Source: an uncultured archaeon (GTDB lineage: Archaea; Asgardarchaeota; Thorarchaeia; Thorarchaeales; Thorarchaeaceae). From it: a stretch of DNA of 42,867 nucleotides. Both the position numbers and the translations under genes were made by a program. Within the stretch, counting starts at the first letter, position 1, and every line of letters starts with the position of its first letter. The notes beneath the pieces were generated by a model that was given only the letters and a program-made list of their open reading frames with translations, was not told the DNA's origin and searched no databases. This document shows positions 28,731-37,444 of the stretch, piece after piece. The stretch spans positions 1-42,867 of the forward strand of contig CAYYQL010000021.1 in the NCBI GenBank assembly GCA_964473825.1, read 5' to 3'.

Positions 28731-29315
28731 ATGGAACTTAAAGGAACGCAGACAGAGAAGAACCTGTTAATCTCATTTGCGGGCGAGTCACAGGCCCGCA
28801 ATCGTTACACATACTGGGCCAAGATTGCCAAGAAGGAAGGGTACGTTCAGGCCATGAACGTATTCCTGGAAACCGCTGATCAGGAGAAGGAACACGCAAA
28901 ACGATTCTTCAAATTCCTCAAAGAGGGGAATGCCAATCCAACACTTACGATAGAGTATGAATTTCCAACTGGGCCCATGGGCACCACAGTCGAAAACCTT
29001 CGCGCAGCTGCTGAAGGAGAACACCATGAGTTCACCAACATGTATCCCGGTTTCGCCGATGTAGCTGAGAAAGAAGAGTTGAACAATATCGCCGTAACAT
29101 GGCGAAGAATTGCAGACGCAGAGAAGTGGCACTACGACCGTTTCAAGATACTCGCAAATAAGATTGATGATGGCAGTATCTTCAAGAGGGACAGGAGCGT
29201 CCGATGGAGATGTCAGAACTGCGGTTACATCCACGAGGGCGAACACCCTCCGGAGAAGTGTCCCGCATGTGATCATCCAAAGGGGCACTTCATGATTCAT
29301 ACTGCCGAGTTCTAG
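28731..29315 (+). CDS. rbr: Rubrerythrin
   Basis: FAGESQARNRY, EKEH, GEHHE, EKWH and C-terminal CQNCG...CPAC. Confidence 0.96.
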   Translation: MELKGTQTEKNLLISFAGESQARNRYTYWAKIAKKEGYVQAMNVFLETADQEKEHAKRFFKFLKEGNANPTLTIEYEFPTGPMGTTVENLRAAAEGEHHEFTNMYPGFADVAEKEELNNIAVTWRRIADAEKWHYDRFKILANKIDDGSIFKRDRSVRWRCQNCGYIHEGEHPPEKCPACDHPKGHFMIHTAEF

Positions 29316-29329
29316 CTCAGTAAGTAAGA

Positions 29330-29367
29330 AGCCCTCCGGACTGCATCCCGAGGGCTATTCTCTTTCT
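29330..29367 (+). terminator. Hairpin plus T-rich tract after rbr
   Basis: AGCCCTCCGGA-CTGCA-TCCCGAGGGCT then ATTCTCTTTCT. Confidence 0.6.
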
Positions 29368-29567
29368 GGGCCGATCCTGTAAATCTACGACCTCCAAACA
29401 AACAGCGAAGCGGCCCCTCAGTCGAGAAACGCTAGAAAAGAACGCCATTGCCCCGCAGTTCATCCCTCTGTCAAGGTGCGTTTCAAATCTGAGAAGAAAC
29501 ACAAAACAAACAAATACTGGTCTTCTGGGTTCTTTTTGGAGCCACTGCCGGTTTCAGGAAACCTACT

Positions 29568-32492
29568 TTGAATCAGAAAGGAACTGCTGCTGTAATAATC
29601 GTCATGATTCTAGCGGCCTCCGGTATTGCAGTCTTAGTTTTGCTGCAACAACCGGGTGCACCTAGCCCCTTGGACACCCAATCAGCTTACGCCGATGATG
29701 TGCTGATCAGTGAAATCCATTGCAACCAGACACTATCTGTGGATGAAGAGTACTTCGAGGTCTATATTCCAGAGGGTTATGCCGAGCAAAGGATTGAGGG
29801 ATGGTATGTCACAACCTTCGATGCTGAAGGTATGTTGGCGCTACCCGCTGTCTCCAATGTTGAAGGTGAGAACTACATTGCCATCTTCAGCGGTGCAGGA
29901 GAAAACGAATTAGATGCTACTGATGGATCAGCGACCATCCATCTAGGATTGACAGAAAGAATTCTTGATCCCTCTGGTGATGAGATAGGCATCTTCGACA
30001 GCAACGGCTACGTGGTAGACTACGTCCGTTACGGCGGAGGAAATGGAGACCAGACCTTCGATGAATGGCCAGAAGCAGATGATGGTCCATCAATCCTCTC
30101 GAATCACACAGGTTCCATATCTCTATTCGGCTTCGACTCAGCCAACACCAGTGACTGGATGGCGAGTCTTCCTACACCGGCGAAACCTAATGTATTCAGC
30201 TTTCTCGCTGTCGAAACGGGTTACACCCTCACAATCACAAACGGCATCAATCAGGAGTTCTCTTTCGATGGTATTGATGACACTATGCTTCATGGAAAAG
30301 GCGAAAAGGTTGACTCCTTTCCCAAAGGTGGTGTCGATAGCGATTCTCTCAAAGATATAGCTAAGCACATCGCATACAGCCTTGATTTCTACCACAAGAA
30401 AGGATTCACACGAGGGCCAGCCACGTACAAACCCGGCAAGATTAACGTAACAGTCATCCAAGGAACAAGAACAGAAACAGTTGGGTCAGCGTCAACAAAA
30501 GGTCACATCATAATCAAGGTTGGTACCATCAAGAGCGATGCGGACCTGAAGTACGTGTGCGAGCACGAACTGATGCATCTCTTCCAATTCAAGACTGAGA
30601 AGGTAGGGAATGATACGGTAGACCATGCTCCATACGCGAACAAGTTCTGGATTGAGGGGCAGGCGACCTATTGGGGAATCGAGTCAACACGTGCCAACTA
30701 CAATCTCACTCACAAAGAAATCCAGGATGAGTTCAAGCGAGTCAAGGACCACAACTGGTACACGCACTTCACAGACCTCAACCGCTCGATCTTCAAAGGT
30801 TGGGGAGGTTCCTACTCCGACTATATGGGATCCTATCTACTCAACAAGTTCATTGCGGAAGTCTTTGGAGAGGACAAGCTGAAACAGATATTCGATGCTG
30901 CTCAAGACAACTTCAACAACAACTCCAAAGATGTGAGTCCTAAAGACGCCATCGCACAGGTACTTGGGAAGTCGTGGGAACAGATTGTCGCGGAGTTTCA
31001 TGCGTGGCTCATGACAGATGCAATAACGGACAATGGCGTTCCTGAACGAAAGACCCACGTGAACATGACCTACAACAACGATACGGTGAGCGATGCTGTC
31101 AGTGTGAATGCATACTCGGCAGCTGTTCAACGAATCAAGGTGAACAGCACGCAGCCATTCAAAATCAAGTTCAATGTAAACCCTTCAAACAGTAAGTGGA
31201 AGATTACCATAATCTACGTGTATGCGGATGGAAGCCGCAAGAAGATGGTGCAGTCGCCCTTCGATCATGGACCCAGTTATCCGCATATAGCTGTGAACCC
31301 AGAAGGGCACGACAAAGAGCTCAAAGAGGTCATTGTCATAAAGAGTCATGTCGAAGACTCGACAGCCAAAATCAACATGACGGTCTCGCCAATACCCCGT
31401 CCTGGCCCAGTCCAGATCACGCCAAACGGAGGACCATATGATTTCGAGCTGCCATGGGGCCTCGGTAATACAACCAGATGGGACTATCCTTGGTGGGTCT
31501 CCTGGAATTTCACATATCTCACAGATCTCAACAACTACACCCTCAGAGTCAACTACACGACCATAACAGATGGAAGTGCCTTCAACATCACTATCGAGTC
31601 GCCTTCGGAAATGGTTTTTGAAGAACAAGGAGTTGGAGGCGGTGAACAGATTCTGGTTAATTTTGATCCCGAGTATTTCTGGGAATTTGGCGATTATCAA
31701 ATCACCATATCCCAGTACAACTGGACAGCAATGCTTAGTGGAACGTTAGAACTTCTGGAGGAAACAAGAGAGGGAGCAGTATTCGAGAACCCCATAGACA
31801 TGTTTCCCGATGAAGAACTCCTGCTCGAGTCAGACATGTGGCGAACTGACAACTGCATCTGGTATGAACTACATCTTGATCCAAACTTCGACTACACACT
31901 CTCTCTCCAAGTCGACGAAGGATTCAAGACAGAGTGTGATTGGTATATCGAAGTCTATGATCAGGCAGACTCAGTGAACCCACTGGCATCAAACGAAGGT
32001 GTGTATCCCGATGGTGAGTGGCCGCGAGAGCTTCTGCTGCCCCGTTACTTCGAAGAAAACTACCCATCCAGTGGAATCGCGCTTATCCGGGTTGTGTTTT
32101 CCACTTCAGCGCCGGGCGCCATCGGGTATATCATTGCATTCACACAGCCAATTGCCGGCTCAAGCATTGACAATCCCCTATGGTACAATGGAGAGACCGA
32201 GTACTTCGGAGTTCCACTGCCTTACTCGGTACACGATGATGGCTCACTGTACATCAATGCAACGCTAGAAGAGGGGATCGCTTACTGGACCTATTTCAAC
32301 TGCTCAGAACCAATAACAGGCTCAGTGTGGAATGGCGAAGAGTGGCTAGAGTTCAGTGCAGTAGAAGGCGATAACCTCTTCGCAGTATACTATGAGGCTA
32401 TGACAGACATTGTCTGCTTCAAATTCCAAGTCATGCCTTCGCCCGAGTCCATACTCTTCTACATTTTCACGGAGGTCTTCACTCCAGACTAG
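29568..32492 (+). CDS. Large membrane-anchored surface protein: lamin tail domain, HEXXH zinc metallopeptidase domain and C-terminal beta-rich domains
   Basis: N-terminal TM; VLISEI...EYFEVY...GDEIGIFD..G.VVDYVRYG...PTP...N (LTD-like); HELMHLFQ with downstream WIEGQATY (gluzincin-type third ligand). Confidence 0.8.
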   Translation: MNQKGTAAVIIVMILAASGIAVLVLLQQPGAPSPLDTQSAYADDVLISEIHCNQTLSVDEEYFEVYIPEGYAEQRIEGWYVTTFDAEGMLALPAVSNVEGENYIAIFSGAGENELDATDGSATIHLGLTERILDPSGDEIGIFDSNGYVVDYVRYGGGNGDQTFDEWPEADDGPSILSNHTGSISLFGFDSANTSDWMASLPTPAKPNVFSFLAVETGYTLTITNGINQEFSFDGIDDTMLHGKGEKVDSFPKGGVDSDSLKDIAKHIAYSLDFYHKKGFTRGPATYKPGKINVTVIQGTRTETVGSASTKGHIIIKVGTIKSDADLKYVCEHELMHLFQFKTEKVGNDTVDHAPYANKFWIEGQATYWGIESTRANYNLTHKEIQDEFKRVKDHNWYTHFTDLNRSIFKGWGGSYSDYMGSYLLNKFIAEVFGEDKLKQIFDAAQDNFNNNSKDVSPKDAIAQVLGKSWEQIVAEFHAWLMTDAITDNGVPERKTHVNMTYNNDTVSDAVSVNAYSAAVQRIKVNSTQPFKIKFNVNPSNSKWKITIIYVYADGSRKKMVQSPFDHGPSYPHIAVNPEGHDKELKEVIVIKSHVEDSTAKINMTVSPIPRPGPVQITPNGGPYDFELPWGLGNTTRWDYPWWVSWNFTYLTDLNNYTLRVNYTTITDGSAFNITIESPSEMVFEEQGVGGGEQILVNFDPEYFWEFGDYQITISQYNWTAMLSGTLELLEETREGAVFENPIDMFPDEELLLESDMWRTDNCIWYELHLDPNFDYTLSLQVDEGFKTECDWYIEVYDQADSVNPLASNEGVYPDGEWPRELLLPRYFEENYPSSGIALIRVVFSTSAPGAIGYIIAFTQPIAGSSIDNPLWYNGETEYFGVPLPYSVHDDGSLYINATLEEGIAYWTYFNCSEPITGSVWNGEEWLEFSAVEGDNLFAVYYEAMTDIVCFKFQVMPSPESILFYIFTEVFTPD

Positions 32493-32855
32493 TGAACTAG
32501 TCAGAAAATGGAGGTTTGGAAAAGAAAGGAGTCGGAGGCCGCCTGGGAAGGGATGTTGAGAAATCTGGGGGTGTTGTAGAAATCTACGTTCGGCCTCCGT
32601 ACGAAAGACAGAAACTACTGCGATTTCAAGGCTTGTAATACACGCTAGGGCAGCAGAGTGCCTCTTGGTGTTCAATCATGCTCTGACGAGTTCTCATCGT
32701 TTTCCCTGCTCGAAAAGATAATGATGATGAAACCAACACGAGCTATCGTAGCGTCTTGTTCAGACTGTTATTCGTTGATTTCTCCACACGGAGTCTGATT
32801 GGGATTCATTAAAATATCGGCGCCCAGTATCAAGAAACTGTACAGGTGAGGGCGG

Positions 32856-33932
32856 ATGGTACGGGTTGCTCACATCTCGGACTCGCATCTTGGCAGCGCG
32901 ATATTCCAGCTATCAGAACGTAAAGAAGATGCGAGAAAGTGCTTGAAGAAAGCAGTCGATATGGCACTACGACACTCTCCTGACATTCTTGTTCACACGG
33001 GAGACCTGTTCGACAGCCCGTTTCCCTCAAACGAGGACCTCAGCTTTGTGATGGGTCTCTTCAAAAACATAAACGACGACACCTGTAAAATCGTTGTCCA
33101 TGGAAATCACGACCTACCATATGGGAGCCACAGACAGCTCAGTCCGATACTCAGCATTGAGAATGCGGGGCTGATCCGCTCCACGGGAACAGAAGACCAC
33201 GCCTCGTTCAGTATCGACTGTGATGGAAGAGCCGTCGATATCCATCTAATCTCATGGACCAGAGAGAGGCGGATTCGTCATCTTCGGGGTCAACACACTC
33301 ATCCATCTGACAATGTCAATCTCCTCTTCGCCCATGATCTTCCTGTTGAGAAACACGAGTTGCCGATTTCCTTTGATTACATTGGCATCGGCCATTCCCA
33401 TAGTTTCTGGTTGGATGAAGAATATGGAATTGGCCGACCCGGTTCAACCGGTATCGTGGACTGGAAGAAGGAACAAGGATCGAGAAAGAAGCTCATTGTA
33501 GCAGATGTAACGAGGGAGGGAAATGAGTATTCCACCGAAACTCTCAACGATGTGCGCGAATTCAAGTTCATCACCGGCCTGAGCGTGACAGGCATGGGAC
33601 CAGAAGAAATCAGTTCATACATGAAGAAACGTATAGATGAATTGTCCATCAAGAAGCAGGACAGACCCGTCATAATTATTGAGGTTGGGGGAACAATCGA
33701 TAGCGAAACTGAACAAGCTATCAACAGGACAGAGATACTTCAATATGGCGAGAAGAGATGTGACCCCCTATTCTTTCATATAGAACCCAGATGGCATGTA
33801 TATGGGCCTCGTGCTGTTGAATTGTCAGAACCACTCAATGCGGAGAAATCCATTGTCCAGTACCTGAAACAGACCAAGGAGTATGACCCACAAGAAATGG
33901 TCAGTCTATACCATCACATCATGGGGCGATAA
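32856..33932 (+). CDS. mre11: Mre11/SbcD-family DNA repair nuclease
   Basis: HISDSHLG, TGDLFD, GNHD, AH, GHSH and PGS; adjacent to an SMC-like ATPase. Confidence 0.88.
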   Translation: MVRVAHISDSHLGSAIFQLSERKEDARKCLKKAVDMALRHSPDILVHTGDLFDSPFPSNEDLSFVMGLFKNINDDTCKIVVHGNHDLPYGSHRQLSPILSIENAGLIRSTGTEDHASFSIDCDGRAVDIHLISWTRERRIRHLRGQHTHPSDNVNLLFAHDLPVEKHELPISFDYIGIGHSHSFWLDEEYGIGRPGSTGIVDWKKEQGSRKKLIVADVTREGNEYSTETLNDVREFKFITGLSVTGMGPEEISSYMKKRIDELSIKKQDRPVIIIEVGGTIDSETEQAINRTEILQYGEKRCDPLFFHIEPRWHVYGPRAVELSEPLNAEKSIVQYLKQTKEYDPQEMVSLYHHIMGR

Positions 33933-33934
33933 TC

Positions 33935-35221
33935 GTGATAAAGGAGATCGTACTGCGCAATTTCAAGCTCTTTCGGGACCAGACATTTTCATTCGAGTCA
34001 GGGACCACCGCGGTAGTGGGGCCTAACGGCTCGGGAAAGACAACGATCCTCGAGGCCATCGAATTCGCGCTCTTTCGACGGGTCACTCGAAAGGAGAAGA
34101 GCATCCCCAAGGTTGAGGAACTCATCAGGCATGGACGCAAAAAGGCAGTCGTGGAGCTTGAATTCATTGCCCCGGTCAATGGACGAACGTATCGTGTCGT
34201 TAGAAGCATCCATCCCGGAAAGACGAACGCTGACCTCTTTGTCAAAGGAAACAGTGATCCGGTCGAGTCAGGTGCCACCAGGGTCGATGATGAGATCGAG
34301 AAGCTTCTGGGGTTGGACAGACACGCATTCGCTGCCCTCACATACGTCCGTCAAGGGGAGATTGACCGACTCTCACGGCTTCAGCCCAAGAAGAGAAAAA
34401 ACAGCCTTTATGATATGATGGGCCTAGGTATGTATGCAGATGCCCAATCAAGAATAAAGAGCAAAATGAGTAGTCTTAGAAAACAGCTGAAGATGCTCCA
34501 AACGCAAAAAGAACGGCTCCTAGAGATTCGCAAACACTTGCCAGCTGAAGAAGAACTCAAGAAAGCGATGGACTCACTGGAATCAATCAGAGCCTCTCTG
34601 CAAGACGGGACTGAATTGGAGATCGTTCAAGAATTGCTAGCCAAAGTTCAAAGCTCGATAGATGAAATAGACCGACAGATAGAGTCTGAAGAACTCACTG
34701 AGGTCCCTGCAGAGTTGAAACAGCAGAAGGCCTTGGCGGGAAACCTGGAACGTATCATCAGTACGATTCCTCAAATCGCAGAGGAGCAACTTCGACCCGC
34801 TATCAGAAACGAGGCACGGGCAATCTTCTTGAGTATTTTCGGAGACAGATATAGTGACATCACAATAACTGATGATTATGACATCCAGTTATACAACCTG
34901 ACGGGTAACCGTGTTCCGCTCATGGCAGCCTCGGGTGGAGAGGATGTGTGTGTGAATTTTGCACTCAGAGTTGCCGTCAACACTGCACTGCAGAAACAGT
35001 CGTTCAGAGAGAGGACACCGGCACTAATCATCCTTGATGAGCCAGGGGCCGGATTGGACTCACAGAGAAGAAGATGGATGCCAGAAGCGATTGCCGGTCT
35101 GAAGACCGTTGAACAAGTCTTGGTCGTCACGCATATGGAAGAGCTGAGGGAGGGGGCCGATAGAGTCTTCTCATTGATTCCCCAAGGAAAGAGCCGACAG
35201 CCGGTCGTTGAGGTAAACTAG
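33935..35221 (+). CDS. Rad50/SbcC-like SMC-family ATPase, unusually short and without a zinc hook
   Basis: LRNFK, GPNGSGKTT, Q-loop YVRQGEI, SGGE, LIILDEP and VVTH; only ~120 aa of coil between the head lobes. Confidence 0.9.
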   Translation: MIKEIVLRNFKLFRDQTFSFESGTTAVVGPNGSGKTTILEAIEFALFRRVTRKEKSIPKVEELIRHGRKKAVVELEFIAPVNGRTYRVVRSIHPGKTNADLFVKGNSDPVESGATRVDDEIEKLLGLDRHAFAALTYVRQGEIDRLSRLQPKKRKNSLYDMMGLGMYADAQSRIKSKMSSLRKQLKMLQTQKERLLEIRKHLPAEEELKKAMDSLESIRASLQDGTELEIVQELLAKVQSSIDEIDRQIESEELTEVPAELKQQKALAGNLERIISTIPQIAEEQLRPAIRNEARAIFLSIFGDRYSDITITDDYDIQLYNLTGNRVPLMAASGGEDVCVNFALRVAVNTALQKQSFRERTPALIILDEPGAGLDSQRRRWMPEAIAGLKTVEQVLVVTHMEELREGADRVFSLIPQGKSRQPVVEVN

Positions 35222-35316
35222 AGCTTTCGCCACGAACAACCTGGCTGTCCGTGAGTGTCAGACCATAAGACTTCTATCACAGCTTGCCGGCCGGCCGTGA
35301 ATAGAGGCTCCCAAGA

Positions 35317-36045
35317 ATGAAACCCAGAGCGTTTCTCTTCGACCTGCATCACACTCTTACGGGAACCAGATCATCACCTCTTGAGCTGTTGAGAGAGGTT
35401 GGGCGTGATCTCGAAGTCGATCTCCAGAGATTCAGTGATGAAGAACTCGAGCAGGCCTTTCAGAAGTCGGATAGCTGGCTCAATGCAGAGCTCGTTCGTA
35501 GTAATGTTGATGTGCACTGGGGAAACGACCCAACGGAATGGCTTCAGGCCGACCGGATCATGTTCGAAGCTCTGGGTCTTAGCAACCTCTCGGATGAAAG
35601 GATTCTGAAATTCGAGAAAAGTTGGAAAGAGGCCGTTCGGAGCCCCGAATACGAGTATTTGACAGGAGAGGCACTCGAAACTCTTGTGGCCCTTTATGAC
35701 CGAAACTATACCTTGGGCATCTGCACCAGACGATTCCACGACCCATCGAATCTTATCGAATCTTCAGGGATTGAGAAAATCATCTCTGTGGTAACTTGGA
35801 GCGGAGTACCAGGTTACGCCAAGCCAAATCCATATACTCTCCTCGATGCCGCAGAGAAGATTCACATGAATCCCAGGTGCTGCGCATATGTTGGGAATCT
35901 CGTTGAAGCTGATATCGAAGCAGCAATCAGAGCGGAGATGATTCCGATTCTAACTACTTGGTCAGACGCCACGGAGGTGGAGAAGGCCCCTGAGGGCATA
36001 ACAGTGGTCGAATCACTCCGACGGCTCCTTGAAATATTCGAATAG
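35317..36045 (+). CDS. HAD-superfamily hydrolase with a variant motif I
   Basis: FDLHHTL, ICT, KPNP and YVGN..EADI.AA. Confidence 0.85.
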   Translation: MKPRAFLFDLHHTLTGTRSSPLELLREVGRDLEVDLQRFSDEELEQAFQKSDSWLNAELVRSNVDVHWGNDPTEWLQADRIMFEALGLSNLSDERILKFEKSWKEAVRSPEYEYLTGEALETLVALYDRNYTLGICTRRFHDPSNLIESSGIEKIISVVTWSGVPGYAKPNPYTLLDAAEKIHMNPRCCAYVGNLVEADIEAAIRAEMIPILTTWSDATEVEKAPEGITVVESLRRLLEIFE

Positions 36046-36070
36046 AATTTCTACCGAGTCACAGCAGTCG

Positions 36071-37378
36071 TTACCCTCTGCGGTGGTTATCATGTTCTTC
36101 TGAACCAACAGGTTTCCGAGCCAACCAATTCTTCAGTGACCTGACCTTCTGGCCGATATACTGGACAAAGGATGTCAACAGCCGCACTGGCAGGACGAGT
36201 GTTCCAAAGACCAGCCTCAAGACTTTGTTCTTCGCTGTAGCTCTCTCAGGATATCCGATGTAGGCCAATGTATGTTCCTTCAGGATATCTTCGATGGCAA
36301 CCGCAAAAGCTTCCTTCGCAAGATCCGATAGATCTAGCCCCTCAAACAGTTTGCTAGTGGTGTAGCTCTCCCTGTCCATCACACTCTTCCACTTGAGATA
36401 CTTCGACTTCTCTATGATATCATTCAGAGCATGCTGGACCTCACCGATGAAGGGAAGCAGATGCAAGAGCAACTGAGACGGTGCTGGTTCAGAGCGAAGG
36501 TCTTCGAAAACCCTAGTTATCGCTTTGACCTGTCTTGCACAGGGAGTGAACCAGAGAAAGTGAATGAGCCCCTCAACTCGTCGTAGCAGCTGCTTGTCCC
36601 GTCGCTCCACATCGTCGGGAATCTCATCCAGCAACGCCTCACGAGCCTTTCCAAAGAGGCTTCTGTGTTTTTGCTTCCACTCTCTCTCCAAATCTATCAC
36701 TGCTTTTGCGTAATTGTAGAAGACAAAATCGAGTTGCTGTTCAATGTCCTCACTGTCAAGCACCACGATTTCTCTGAGAGTAAAAGAGCGACAACCGCTT
36801 GCTATCTTCCAGAGCCACTGTTTCAGTGAATAGAAAGATACATCCGATTCGGGAAGCTCCAAGCGTAAAGCGTGGTCGCCCGGTTGAGCAACGATGTAGC
36901 ATTTCTGAAGGGCAGTTTCCACATCCTCGAACCTAGTCAAATCCAGGGGTATGATATCCATCGCTCCATGGCCCGTTGTCGACCATGCCTCGATTGTGCC
37001 AGATTCCTTATCGAGCTCGATAATGATCCGTTCCTTGTCCCCAAGATGGTCGAACTGGTTGGTGAACCCTTTGCTGTAAGCCATGACCGCGTAGAGAATG
37101 TATCGCTCCTTTTGCGGCTCTAGCCCCGGCAATCTAAGGATGAGGGCGATTGTATCAAGCGGCTGTCCGCTAGAAAGCCATGACCCGGTTGCCTGGTCCC
37201 ATTCCCACCGATCCCCCAGCTGATAGAATACATCTCGCAAAGAACGAAGGTCGTCGGCTTCTCTGGCCTTCCGTAACGTTTCAGCTTCCCATGATTTATA
37301 GTCCTGTTTCATCTTCTCCATGCTACGGCGTTCTTTTCCAAGCCATTGAGAGTCGACCTTCATTCGGACTTTCATCAT
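36071..37378 (-). CDS. Hypothetical protein with Vps62/NPP1-like N-terminal motifs and a helical C-terminal half
   Basis: DHLGDKERIIIEL...WSTTGHG...VAQPGDHA; the ORF is clear, the family call is tentative. Confidence 0.6.
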   Translation of the reverse strand: MMKVRMKVDSQWLGKERRSMEKMKQDYKSWEAETLRKAREADDLRSLRDVFYQLGDRWEWDQATGSWLSSGQPLDTIALILRLPGLEPQKERYILYAVMAYSKGFTNQFDHLGDKERIIIELDKESGTIEAWSTTGHGAMDIIPLDLTRFEDVETALQKCYIVAQPGDHALRLELPESDVSFYSLKQWLWKIASGCRSFTLREIVVLDSEDIEQQLDFVFYNYAKAVIDLEREWKQKHRSLFGKAREALLDEIPDDVERRDKQLLRRVEGLIHFLWFTPCARQVKAITRVFEDLRSEPAPSQLLLHLLPFIGEVQHALNDIIEKSKYLKWKSVMDRESYTTSKLFEGLDLSDLAKEAFAVAIEDILKEHTLAYIGYPERATAKNKVLRLVFGTLVLPVRLLTSFVQYIGQKVRSLKNWLARKPVGSEEHDNHRRG

Positions 37379-37444
37379 GGTCCCTTAACGATGAGATGCA
37401 TTCCATCTGATTTTAAGTTAATCCTGCGTGATTTTGATGAAACA

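Noticed and set aside
32550-32587. Direct repeats and a GTAGAAATCTAC hairpin as a mini-CRISPR array
   Set aside because: Only two imperfect, nearly adjacent ~17-nt copies, no spacer and no cas genes.
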